Shown here in pieces: positions 1 to 11,801 of a stretch of 64,000 nucleotides of DNA; the stretch's first letter is position 1; each line of letters opens with the position of its first letter. Origin of the DNA: Lytechinus pictus (lineage: Eukaryota); NCBI RefSeq assembly GCF_037042905.1, contig NC_087252.1:13394001-13458000 (forward strand), given 5' to 3'. A program made the translations under genes and the position numbers. The notes beneath the pieces were generated by a model. That model saw only the letters and a list, made by a program, of their open reading frames with translations, made no database searches and had not been told where the DNA came from.

Positions 1-469
1 GGGCGGGACAGGGGATGTTGATAAGAAAGGGTAAGATGGTCTATATATGATAAAAGTGATGTTATTTTTGCTTCTTTCATGGGATATTTTGAGGATTTCT
101 TGTGTCCCAAACTTATCTTTTTTGTTATTCCTCTCTCTTTCTTGATCCAACTCTCTTTTGTCAATTCCTTTCCGTTTCCTGTTTTTTTTAATTCTTTTTC
201 TTCTTTTCTTCACTAACGTACTTGTGAAATCACAGCCCTTCATTTCAATGCAGCAATGGATCATAAACTGAATAGGATGTGGTGGGGCTAACAAATTTCA
301 GAGCTTTATTTTAGGTGAAAGAAATAAAAGCTGAAACTTAATACACATTACATTCAGAAATTTACAATATGTTTGAGATTATTTGGTTAAATGATTAGCC
401 TCAGAATTGTTGTTAATATCATTGAGACTTATCATCACATGTCATTAAAAAAAATTTATCATTTTCACA

Positions 470-770
470 TCATTACCATTTCAATTGCAACCAGGACCAT
501 CATCAACATCACAATTATGCCTAAAAACATCATCACCATCATCATCATCAACATTACCATCACCACCTTCACTATCATCCTCCTCCTCATCATCATCATC
601 ACCACCACCATGATTTTTATTACCATCATTATATTATCATTACCACCACCACCATCATCATCACCATCACCATCACCATCACCATCACCACCACCACCAC
701 CACCATCACCATCATCATGATCATGTTCATCATCATCGTCATCTCTAACATTACCACCTCCACCACCAAA
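470..770. repeat. (CAT)n/(CAC)n trinucleotide low-complexity tract
   Basis: Degenerate catcat/caccac/caccat runs; explains the spurious Ile/Thr/Pro/Ser ORF 391-720. Confidence 0.9.
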
Positions 771-3700
771 GTAGATTCTAGCTTTAAAAAGAGTAAGATC
801 ATCAGATTATAGGATGAGAGACTATAACTTAGGGATCCATTGTTTTACATATAACTCTTGTTTACATTGTTAGAGCAAAGCAAAGAGACAAGTCTGGTTT
901 TCCTCACCTGAACTTGGCTGTGGCTTGGCCTTGCCCTTGGACTACCCCGATCGAGTTCTACTTCTAATCACTTCTATTCAGAGTTGATCAACGGCACGCT
1001 GCAGAAGTGCGAGGGGTAGACTGGTGGTTAAGGGTTAATATTCTGGAAGGCTGGACTTGAGATAGAATCTTAACTAGATCTAGTTGAGCGTACTAGATTA
1101 AGACACTCAGCTCCCTCCACGTCTACCAAGTTACTGTATCAATATCCCGATAATGGAAATACGATTCCAACATCGGCTTTCAAAGAATCATCACTTGGCC
1201 GTTTAACTTAAGTTAGGGCCACTCAACTGTCACTCAGTGTCCATGGTGTCACTTTCCTTGTGCAATTGTAGGGGCCGGGATGTATGCAGTAGGCCAGATG
1301 CAAAGTCAATCCAGCGTAGAGATAGTTCGGTAAGCATCACCTCAAAGTGTTGGGAATCATAACAGTACACAAAAGGCCCGCAGATTAAGAAAATCCCGCT
1401 CACGACATGTGGGTGCAGTACAGTGCAGCAGTGGATGCGCGCTATGTGCGGTATGTGCCCATGGCATGCCATGAGCCGTTCCGTTCTCTGGACACACAGC
1501 ACACGTGCTTTTCGCATTGCACAACAAAATTTTTGTTTTGGTGTTTAATGCAAGCGATGAGAGATGGCGCTATTCTAAATGTGTCAATGGACGGACAGAA
1601 AGAAACTTATCGATGTTTAATTTGATTTGGGACTTTCATGGGTTCTCATTTTTCGCGCATAAATCAATAATGTGGAGTAGCGGGAGTAGCCCAAGAGATG
1701 ATGCCTGTTTCATTTTAACTAGCTGGTCAAGAGATGAATCGAATGGAATCAATAAAGACGGAGTGTGAAATAATTAGATAAATAGATAAAAAAAATCAAC
1801 GTGCAGAAGATTCCATTAGATAGGCTAGTCATTAGTGTACAGGGACCGCGAAACTCGGATGGGGGCTGGAGAGGTTTCAGCCATCTACTCTCTTGATAAA
1901 CCTGTACAAAAATGTGAAACCATCAGATCGGTAAATAGTAGTGATATATATTTTTTTATCTGATTCCAAAGAACAGCCGCTGCGGTATAGGCCCTACATG
2001 AATGCCAAACTGAAAATATGTTCTTAACATGCTACCCCAAAAAATAGAAATAATAATAATGGACATTATTTATAGGGGAAAATGGGTAGAAGGCATGGCC
2101 CTGGAATACCGGGGGTTCTAGGGGTGCTGAAGGACCCCCCCCCCCCCACCCTTTCTGGGCGTGCTACGTGTGTTATTCTCCAGGGGCTGCACCCCCTGGA
2201 ATTCTGTAAATAGCTCAATATAAAGAAAAGGACCTTCATTTTGAAGTGAGCCCCAGGCCGGGACCAAAAGAACTATCAATTTTTAGTGACCCTTTTTTTT
2301 GCTTCTCAAAATTTTGCATCAGAATCCCCTTTAAATAAACGTTCCCAGTGTCCTGGTAAAAGGGTGAAAGAAAGAAATAATTGGTGGATAAAAGATGAAG
2401 GAGAAAAAAAGAAGAAGCTAAAGGAATCGAGAAGACAACGGACAATTGTAATTAATTAAATTGCAACATCATTGATATCTGTTCTGTTCAAAACAAATAA
2501 AATTGAATTCAAAATAAAACAAAACATAGAAAACATATATACGATGTGATTATTTACGATACTAATTAATAGAGGAAAAGCATAACAACACAATGTACAA
2601 ACAAGTTATAATGATTAAATACAAGTAATTCTGAATGGAATTTAGACATATATCTACAAATACATATACTGACATTATTTTGTATAGTGTCGATAACTGT
2701 TATTGTGTATAACTATTTTAAATGGGTATTCAATTCAGCTGTACAATCGAGCATCTTGGTATGTATTGTACTTGTTTCGTTTTGTTTAATTTACGATTTT
2801 GTTCATTGGTAAACAAAATATTCTCTAACCTAGGCTAATGCAACACTTTTTTTATCATTTGCACAAATAGTTAATTTTCTTCCATTGTAATCCTTTTTGG
2901 GAGGGAAATGAAAAAAAAATGAAGTTGAACTTGAGCATCGTCTGAATGGGAGGTCAACCTTCACCACTATACTGGTGAAGGTTATTATTACTGGTTATTT
3001 TTTCTTACATTTTTGCAGTTAAATTTTCGTTAGGCCGATCACGTTGGGTGGGGGGCTTACCTAGATTCATACAAAGAAGAGAGCCCCCCCCCCAAGAGAG
3101 GGGAGGGGAGGGAGACAGGGAGGAGAGGGAAGTAGGGAGGGAGGGAGAAGGTTTCACTGCGAAGAAATAAAGCACATTTGATAATAAGTATTATGAGGGG
3201 TGAAATTTGATTTCATTTTCTGAATACTAATCAAAATATATTGTAGGATTGTTATTTTGTCATTTACCTATTTTGTTTATTTCCTTTGACTTGTGTTTTC
3301 TTCAGGTGTTTTACATTTCTGTTCTGTCTAGACTTTAGTTCATTTGCATTTCTTTTCAGTACTGCCCTTGCAGTCTGGACTTAGGTTATTTGAGTTTAAT
3401 GATATTCAGTTGTCATTCATTCATTCTACTCTGAATGCCTTTCCTCTGTTTCTCTTTTGTCATCTTCATTCCTTCTCTATTCTCTCTTCAGGTGTTCCAC
3501 TCATTCCATCCCTCACTTGACTCCTTAGTTTCTACTTCCATTATTACATAATCACCAGACATCTTTGTCATCTCATCTCATTCCTTATTGGTTTATCTTA
3601 TGAATTGGGTTCTTACATTTTAGTTCAATCCTTCCATTTTCTTTAGTTTGATTGGTTGTTATTTCTAATTTAAATATTTATGTAAATTATACTGTGATCC

Positions 3701-4468
3701 AAAGTTAAGCTAAGGCAAAATAGCCCAGATATTAAACAGTGTACAACCAGACTCCTTCGGTTTAAGTTCTCTTCATTTTGCGTCTGCTTCATTCCCCTTC
3801 AGTTTGATGATTTAGAACTTAATTTATTTTCAACTCCAAACATATAATTTTCTTCAACCCTACAATATAAAAAAAAATTAGATTTTCAACTTTTGCTCAC
3901 TTGTTTCACTATCTCGTAGCACATAGTAAAATACGTTTCCTTTCAAGCTTCCCGGTATATAGGCTCTTATAATTCAAACTGGGTAGAAGTGAATTTACAG
4001 CACAAAGCGCATATAGCTGCATCGTACTGTAATACCCCCCCCCCCCCACACACACACACCCTCGAGCCGATATTGGTTGCAGCATTATTATACGCGTGAT
4101 AAGATTTCTCTGAACTATTATAGTCGCCATAAAATCAAAATGGGGCAAACCGTTCTCATAAGGAGGAAAGCTGTCTGGATGGGTGGGATCGCTCCTGAAG
4201 TAATATAAGAAAATAAGAAATAGGAAAAGAAAACGAAAAGGATTATTAAAAAAAAAAAAAAAAAAAAACTGTCGATCGTGTAAATCCATATATAGCTTAT
4301 GTATTGAACTGAAAAAAAAAAAAAAAAACTGATGTCACGTTTGGGCCGTTTGCCGCTTAAAAATACACTTAATAGCTTATAACGCCTCCAAAGTCAACAT
4401 AGATGTAGGCCGAGGGGGAATCCCCGACAATGACGTATTACGCCAGATACGTCGCTACTTTCAATAAA

Positions 4469-4483
4469 AGAATATTCTAGAAT
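4469..4483 (+). promoter_or_regulatory. Heat-shock element (HSF site)
   Basis: aGAAtaTTCtaGAAt is three perfect alternating nGAAn units, about 170 bp upstream of the HSP70-like ATG. Confidence 0.8.
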
Positions 4484-4651
4484 ATCGGAAGTGACATATT
4501 AATGACAGGAGGAAAAACTCACTCGCGGAAGTAACCAAAACAATGAATAGCGATCTGCGGTCTGACACCGTTTCAGCAACCTTCGAAAATATCTGAACTT
4601 TTATTATCAGGGCATTGCTTACCACGAAATATAGCATATTAACAAAGGCAA

Positions 4652-6735
4652 ATGGCTTCAGAACAAGGACCAGTTATTGGGATCCATCTTGGAACTTCAT
4701 GTTCTTGTGTTGGAGTCTTTCAGAGTGGGACGGTGGAGATCATTTCCAGTAACCAGGGAAACAGAACCACGCCCAGTTATGTTGCGTTCACGGATACAGA
4801 GATAGTGATCGGAGAAGCAGCCAAGAATCAGATGGCTTGGTAAGTTTGTGGTGCCATCGGGTATACGTTTGTACTAACATCTAGACTTAGAGGTACATTC
4901 GTGCCCTTGGGTGGATTATTCATTGAAGATCCCTTCTCAGAAAAAGGCATAGCTTTATTTTTCTCGACAGAATTTCGGGTCACTGCAACAATAACACTAG
5001 ACTATTTGATAAACTGCCGATGTAATAAAACAAAGTTCCATTTGACATTACATGTATGTGAACAATAATAAAACTAAGTGATTTTGGGTACAAATTATAA
5101 GACCAAATTAATAGCAGACCGATTGGAAAGGTCTTGCCATGATGGTGTATAATCTCTTATCTCTATAGTTGGACCATTGTTAATAACCGAGATAAACAAG
5201 TGTTACGGCAATAGGCCTGTGCATGATTTTTTTTTTCTTTTATTTCTCTGTTCAGGAACCCAGAGAATACAATATTCGATATCAAGCGTCTGATTGGTCG
5301 GCAGTTTGACGACAATGATTTACAGTCTGACATGAAACACTGGCCATTCAAGGTCGTAGAAAAGGCTGGAAAACCAATGCTGGAGGTGGAATATCTTGGA
5401 CAATCCAAGACACTTTCACCTGAAGAAGTTTCTTCCGTTTTGCTTGCAAATCTGAAGGAGACAGCAGAAGCCTACCTTCACCAGAAGGTCAGTGATGCCG
5501 TCATCACTGTTCCTACTTGCTTCAGCGATTCTCAGCGAATTGCTACCAAGAATGCATGCAAAATGGCTGGCTTGAACGTGCTCAGGCTCCTCAACGAGCC
5601 AACGGCTGCCGCCCTTGCCTACGGACTCGAGGAGATCTCTGACGGTCAAGAGATGCGCGTCCTTGTCTTCCATCTAGATCAAAGTGAAGTTGGTGCCTCA
5701 CTCCTTCTTATTGAAGATGGGATATTCGAGGTCGTGTCGTCAGAAAGAGATTCGCATTTCGGCGGAGAGGACTTCGATAGAAGAATCGTCGACCATCTTG
5801 CCAATGAATTTCAGAAAACGAATGAACAAGACTTGAGTACGAACCACAGGGCATATCGACGCCTTCGTAACGCAGCGGAAGAAGCAGTAGATATATTGTC
5901 AAGAACCACGCAAGCTAGCATAGATATCGACTCACTTCATGGAGGCACCGACTTCTGCACTAGCTTAAGCAGAGTAATGTTCGAGGACTTGTGCTCAGAT
6001 CTCTTTAAAACGTGTCTGCAAGTTGTCGATAGTATCCTGATGAAGGCGAAGATTGATAAGAAGGACATTGATAGAATAATCCCAGTTGGTAGATCAGTTC
6101 CAATTATCCATGGGACCCTTCAAGATTTCTTTGGCGGTAAGAAAATTGATAAATCAATCAACCCAGAGGAAGTTGTGGCCTATGGAGCCGCGTTGCACGC
6201 AATCAATGTGTCTATGCTCAAAGACATTGTATGTTTCCACGGGATCCCTCTTTCCCTCGGTATCAAGACAGCAGATGGGGTAATGAAAACAATCATTGCT
6301 AGAAATACGTGGGTACCAACAAGATCCTCGAAGAGATTCAGCACCTATTTCTACAACCAGTCAGAAGTCTCCATACAGGTATTTGAAGGGGAGAGAGCAT
6401 TGGCCAAAGACAACAATCGCCTCGGCCAATTTGCGTTGTCTGGAATTCCCCCAGCTCCTCGTGGTGTCCCAACCATCGAAGTTACTTTCGATATTGATGC
6501 TAACGGCATATTGTCGGTTACTGCTGAAGATGTCATGACAGGACAGAGCAATGGGACAACCATTTCTAATGATAGGAGGTTGTCCAAAGAGGACATTGAA
6601 CGCGTACTAAAGGACAGTGGAGAGTTCAAAGCTGATGACATTGTCTTGCAGAGAGACATCGCCTCTCATCAGAACCTTCTTAAAGGGGAATCCAGCCTTG
6701 GCCATAAAATGTTGTGTTGGGAAGGAGAAAAATAA
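4652..6735 (+). CDS. Divergent HSP70-family protein (555 aa), degenerate nucleotide-binding motifs, no lid or EEVD; last 17 codons come from a transposon
   Basis: Exon 1 4652-4839 (donor TG|GTAAGT) and exon 2 5256-6735 (TTCAG|) join in phase as [22 protein letters not shown]70 motifs present: [58 protein letters not shown]. Confidence 0.9.
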
Positions 6736-7059
6736 ATTAAACAGAATGGTGAAAATTTGAAAGAAATCAGACAAGCAATAAGAAAGTTATAGCTGCTCTA
6801 AATTTGAGATCACTAATAGTATGTAGATTTCAAATTGGCAACTGGGTAAGTAAATAATGACAAGGGGCAAGGACAACTTTCCCATAGGCCATGTACTTTA
6901 TTATCAGGGATTTGTGGTTTTCTCCTAAGTACCCATTCCCCTGGGGCAGTAATCTAAATATATAATCCAGGTAGTATATTGTTTTATGTCCTCATGAAAG
7001 AAAAATAAAATTTGAAATAAAACTTTGGGGGGAAATGACATGTTAGCCATAATATGTAT

Positions 7060-10000
7060 ATATATATTGGCATCTGTCTGTCTCGAGAGACAATAGAGTT
7101 TGCGCTGGTAGTTTCTTTTACTTCCTAATTCATAAAGTGCAGCTCCTGCGATGACTAAATAGTCCAATCCTTGAGAAGCAGGTCTTGTTGCAGTTGCTGC
7201 ATACAAATGTCACTTGTGGCTGAGCTGTTGGAGCCATGGCTATCTGTCGTCTTAGTTGTCTTTTCTCCTCCCATTGATCTACTCTTCTCTGTTCGCTCCT
7301 TTGGATGCCAATCTTCACAGCATGTCTCCATTTGGGACGATTTGCAGCTAGGGCTTCCCAGTTTGCAGTGTTGATTTCACTGGTCTTCATATCCCTCTTG
7401 CACACATCCTTGAAGCGGAGGACAGGTCTTCCAACAGCCCTGGTCCCGGTCGCTAGCTCTCCGTACAATATGTCTTTTGGAATACGGCCGTCATCCATTC
7501 TAGTGACATGCCCAAGCCATCTCAGTCGTCGTTGTGTTAGATGAGCATAGATGGTTGTCATTCCTCCCTTCTTGAGGACATCCTTGTTTGGGATGTAGTC
7601 CTGCCAGTTGATGTTCAGGATTCGTCTCAGACAGCGGAGATGGAAAACGTTTAGACGACGCTCCTGGCGTGCATACAAGGTCCATGACTCACTGCCATAC
7701 AGGAGAGTGCTGAGCACACAGGCCTGATAGATCTTCATTTTTGTGTTGGTGGTTAGTGAAGTGTTCTCCCAGGCCCGCTTTGAGAGTTTAGACATCATAG
7801 TTGCTGCTTTGCCAATGCGTACGTTGAGCTCGGGATCAAGAGAGAGTTTGCTGGAAATCATGGAGCCGAGGTAGGTGAAGTTTTCAACCACTTGAAGGGT
7901 GTAGTTTCCAATGGAGATATCTGGAACACTCCGTACATCCTGGCCCATGATGTTTGTTTTCTTGAGGCTGATGGTGAGGCCAAAGTCTTCACAAGCTTCT
8001 GAAAAGCAGTCAATCAGTCTCTGAAGGCCTTCCTCTGATTGGGATGACAGAGCAACATCATCAGCAAACAGCATGTCTCTAATAAGGATTTTCCTCACTT
8101 TCGTCTTAGCCCGAAGTCGTGCAAGATTGAGTAGTTTTCCATCGCTTCTTGTGTGTAGGTACACACCGTCCTTAGATGATCTGAAGGCGTGTGAAAGCAG
8201 CACAGAAAAGAAGATCCCAAAGAGCGTAGGGGCAAGCACACATCCCTGCTTGACTCCATTCTTGATTGGGAATGGGGCAGAAGTAGAGCCGTCATACTGG
8301 ATGGTGCCCTGCATATCATCATGGAATGATACAATCAGTTGAAGCAGTGTGGGAGGGCATCCTATCTTCTGAAGCAAATTGAAGAGAACCTTTCTGCTGA
8401 CTAGGTCAAAGGCCTTGGTAAGGTCGATGAACGCAATGTACAATGGCTGTCTCTGTTCACGGCTTTTCTCCTGCAGTTGGCGAATTGAGAATATCATGTC
8501 AATGGTTGATCTTCCAGCCCGAAATCCACACTGTGATTCTGGGTACACACGGGCTGCAAGCAAATGCAGTCTGTTCAGGATCACTCGGGCGAATGTCTTT
8601 CCAACAGTGCTTAGGAGGGAGATTCCGCGATAGTTGTTACAATCATTGCGATCCCCTTTGTTCTTGTATAAAGTAATGATGTTGGCATCGCGCATATCAT
8701 GCGGAATTGTTCCCTCTTTCCAGCATTGACAGAGCAGTTCATGGAGGTGGCGTAGAAGATCAGTGTCCTTTCCGGCTTTGATTAGGTCTGGGGGTATACC
8801 GTCTTTTCCTGGAGCCTTGCCGGAGGTCAGGGAGTTCACAGCTTTTGTAAGCTCTTCTAAGGAGGGTACAGTATCAAGATCTTCCATGACAGGTAAGCTT
8901 TCGATGCTCTCAATTGTAGCTTCGTTGACCATCACCTCACGCGAGTAAAGCTCTTCATAATGCTCAACCCATCTCTCCATTTGAAGCTTCTTGTCTGTAA
9001 TGATCTCCCCAGGAGTTGATTTGAGATGTGATGTCTTTTTTATGGTTGGCCCAAAGATCTTCTTTATGCCTGCGTACATACCGCGGGTGTTGCCGTTATC
9101 TGCAGCAAGCTGGATGCTCTGACATAGGCCTAACCAGTAGTCATTGGCACAGCATCTAGCAACCCGTTTGACATCCGTCCTCGCCTTTCTGAGGGCTGTG
9201 AGCGTCTTCACAGATGGATCACTCTTGTACTTAGCGAGTGCTGCTCGTTTTGCTTCAATGACAGGCTCCAACTCTGTGATTCCAGCTATGAACCAGTCTG
9301 GGTTCTGCTTTTCTCTCTTGCCGAATACTTCCATGGCTGAGTGATGGATTGCATCGCGAATGTGATTCCATCTTTCTTCAGCAGTAGCAGAAGGATAGTC
9401 CTGGAGGGCCTGTTCGATGGAGTCGGCGAAGAGATCCTGCAGGTCACGACTTGATATGTTTGCAGTGTTAATGCGTGGGCGAGCTTTCTGCTTTGAGCGA
9501 TGTATGCGCTTGGGCTGAAGGCGCACCCTGCTGGCAACCAGTGAATGGTCTGTGTCACAATCCGCACTGTGGTAACTTCGGGTAACTTGGACACTGTTCA
9601 AGGATAAGTTTCGTGTGATGACAAGGTCTAGCTGGTGCCAGTGATGAGATCTGGGATGTCTCCAGGATACCTTGTGGCATGGTTTTGTGGAAAAAAACGT
9701 GTTGGTGATGCAGAGGTTGTGGTAAGAGCAGACTTCCAACAACCTTTGACCGTTTTCATTCAGTTTACCAATGCCGAAGTGTCCGATGCATTTGGGCCAG
9801 GCGTCATGATCCGCTCCCACCCGTGCATTGAAGTCTCCTAGTAGGAATAGGTGCTCGTTGGCAGGGACGTTAGCAATGACAGAGTCCAGATGCTCATAGA
9901 ACTGGTCCTTTATCTCTGCAGAACTGCAGAGCGTTGGGGCATAGCAGCTTAGGATGTTCACTAGACCGGAGGCAGTTGATAGGCAAAGTGAAAGGATGCG

Positions 10001-10954
10001 TTCTGTGCCTCTATTTGGTGGTTCAATCGAGGAGAGTAAGGAGTTCCTCACTGCGAATCCAACGCCATGCTGTCGCCGTTCCTGTGGCTCTCTCCCCTGC
10101 CAAAATATGGTGTAGTCCTCTTCTCTGATACTCCCCTCTGAGGGGAGTCTTGTCTCTTGAAGTGCCGCAATGTCAATGTTGAGCCTCTTTAGCTCACGGT
10201 CGATGATCGCTGTCTTGCGGGTGTCATCGACCTCTTGAAGATTGTCTGAGATGCCAGGACACATAGTCCTGACGTTCCAGCTTGCCAAACGCAAGGCTGG
10301 GGTTTTCTTTATATTTCGTTTATTGCTTGGTGCAGTAGTTTCAGTCCGCTTGTCGAGTCAATTCTCTAAGCTCCAAGCACCTGATGGAGCAGGCGGCCTG
10401 TGGCGGGTCAGCACCTTACTAACTGGGGGCTGCCCAGCTTGAGGTGGGCGGTAGCTGACCAGTGGAACACGAAGATCCCTCCCACCGACGGAAGCAACCC
10501 GTAGCGCCTGAATCCTACGCCAATCGGAAAAGGCTTATAACTCGTGACTGCTGCTTCCCGTGTTGTTTCTGCCACTTTTGACAGTGGCACTGAAGTGTCC
10601 TCTCCAGAGCGCAAGCCTGGGCTCTTTCTATGGAGATCCTGGGTAGCCCAATCGTCAGAATCCCCCTCTCGGCCTCACTGATGTAGTCCAAAGGAGAGCA
10701 GAACAATACATTTGGCACCAGTTTGGCTGCAGGAGCTGCCGGAAGAGTGTCGAGACGAACACCAGACCGCCTGCGGGGCTCCACTCCGGTTTTCAATGAG
10801 GTTAACTCCCTAGCTATTTTCCCATAGCTGGATGTCCGTCACCCTGGACAGGGGCCCATACCGGGTACTGTCAGCCGGAGCCAGCTGAGCCCGGGACTCG
10901 TGTAAGGCAGGGTCGTCACGCCCTGAAGCAGTGAACTAGGTCACTACCCACTTC
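7060..10954 (-). mobile_element. Full-length RTE-clade LINE
   Basis: 14-bp TSD GCCATAATATGTAT at 7046-7059 and 10955-10968; (TA)n 3' tail; single long EN-RT ORF; about 650-nt 5' leader. Confidence 0.93.
7130..10294 (-). CDS. RTE ORF: APE endonuclease, reverse transcriptase and C-terminal Cys/His finger
   Basis: Uninterrupted 1054-codon ORF with SWNVRT, ALQETR, GDFNA, TDH (EN); GVKQGCVLAPTLF, LFADD (RT); CSNCNKTCFSRIGLFSHRRSC. Confidence 0.95.
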   Translation of the reverse strand: MRLASWNVRTMCPGISDNLQEVDDTRKTAIIDRELKRLNIDIAALQETRLPSEGSIREEDYTIFWQGREPQERRQHGVGFAVRNSLLSSIEPPNRGTERILSLCLSTASGLVNILSCYAPTLCSSAEIKDQFYEHLDSVIANVPANEHLFLLGDFNARVGADHDAWPKCIGHFGIGKLNENGQRLLEVCSYHNLCITNTFFSTKPCHKVSWRHPRSHHWHQLDLVITRNLSLNSVQVTRSYHSADCDTDHSLVASRVRLQPKRIHRSKQKARPRINTANISSRDLQDLFADSIEQALQDYPSATAEERWNHIRDAIHHSAMEVFGKREKQNPDWFIAGITELEPVIEAKRAALAKYKSDPSVKTLTALRKARTDVKRVARCCANDYWLGLCQSIQLAADNGNTRGMYAGIKKIFGPTIKKTSHLKSTPGEIITDKKLQMERWVEHYEELYSREVMVNEATIESIESLPVMEDLDTVPSLEELTKAVNSLTSGKAPGKDGIPPDLIKAGKDTDLLRHLHELLCQCWKEGTIPHDMRDANIITLYKNKGDRNDCNNYRGISLLSTVGKTFARVILNRLHLLAARVYPESQCGFRAGRSTIDMIFSIRQLQEKSREQRQPLYIAFIDLTKAFDLVSRKVLFNLLQKIGCPPTLLQLIVSFHDDMQGTIQYDGSTSAPFPIKNGVKQGCVLAPTLFGIFFSVLLSHAFRSSKDGVYLHTRSDGKLLNLARLRAKTKVRKILIRDMLFADDVALSSQSEEGLQRLIDCFSEACEDFGLTISLKKTNIMGQDVRSVPDISIGNYTLQVVENFTYLGSMISSKLSLDPELNVRIGKAATMMSKLSKRAWENTSLTTNTKMKIYQACVLSTLLYGSESWTLYARQERRLNVFHLRCLRRILNINWQDYIPNKDVLKKGGMTTIYAHLTQRRLRWLGHVTRMDDGRIPKDILYGELATGTRAVGRPVLRFKDVCKRDMKTSEINTANWEALAANRPKWRHAVKIGIQRSEQRRVDQWEEKRQLRRQIAMAPTAQPQVTFVCSNCNKTCFSRIGLFSHRRSCTL

Positions 10955-11193
10955 GCCATAATATGTATTGGAGTACATAAAAGAGTAGTCCTTGCCTTAC
11001 ATCACTATGACATCCCATATGCGGCCAATTTGAAGTCTCCATGGGTATAGTGATTACCAATATTTACAACTTTTAAAAATTCATAACTTTCTTGTTGTTT
11101 GTCCAATATTGTTGAAACTTTCACCTATCAACTTGTCTGATTTTTCTTTTTCTCATAAAAACAAGTTTTTATTTGGGTTGGATTCCCCTTTAA

Positions 11194-11245
11194 GGATGGC
11201 GCCCTCAACGACAGAACTATCTTTGAAACAGTTGCTAAACTCTAA
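11194..11245 (+). pseudogene. Displaced original 3' end of the HSP70-like CDS (K-DGALNDRTIFETVAKL*)
   Basis: Removing 6684-11193 rejoins ...AAC CTT CTT AA|G GAT GGC... in frame to TAA at 11243-11245. Confidence 0.75.
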
Positions 11246-11724
11246 TGAATGAAAAATCCTTGACAAACAGGAAGGCAATGTCGTACTCCAAATGTGTTTA
11301 GTATTTCATTTCAGTTGTTTGTTATACACTTTGTGTCGTAGTATAGCACTTCCTCTTCTGCTGAAAGGAATGTAATCAGCAAACTGAAAGTATCTTAGAC
11401 GAATTTGGCTTTAACCCTTAAAATTACAAAGGGGGAATACTGATATCCCATCTGGCCATTCGTTAAGAAACCTATAGCAAAGTATAAGAGGTTTGTCCCA
11501 ATCACTGATCTCTCCCCTATCTGGATGGGAACAATAACACTGATTGGCCTATTCCGTGTTGAAGCACCGGAAGTTGGTACCTCCGCACGCCGAGTTCCCC
11601 CCAAAAAGCCAAAATCGAAGTAGAGTTTGGTTCACGGCAATAGTGTCAATTCTTATTTATACTTACCAGATCAACTCTATACAGCACTTTTCAATGTGAA
11701 TTTATACCTGATACAAAGTTAAAG

Positions 11725-11801
11725 ATGCCGTCCTGTGCCGCGTATGATTGCACTAATCGGGACGACCGTGGAAACAGAGAAAAGGGGGTTACTTTTCACA
11801 G
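11725..11801 (+). pseudogene. THAP-domain first-exon remnant (probably from a DNA transposon)
   Basis: MPSCAAYDCTNRDDRGNREKGVTFHR has the THAP N-terminal C-x4-C...FH pattern; followed by AG|ATAAG where GTAAG would be expected. Confidence 0.65.

Larger units (their letters stand above)
6684..11189. mobile_element. Non-autonomous TTAA DNA transposon (Kolobok-like MITE, about 600 bp once the nested LINE is removed) inserted in the HSP70 3' coding end
   Basis: TTAA TSDs at 6680-6683 and 11190-11193; TIRs AGGGGAATCC...GGATTCCCCT; split by an RTE LINE at 7060-10954. Confidence 0.88.

Noticed and set aside
7171..10442. Many short plus-strand ORFs over the RTE (and 17749-20232 over the CR1/L2 ORF2)
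   Set aside because: Antisense shadows of long coding frames
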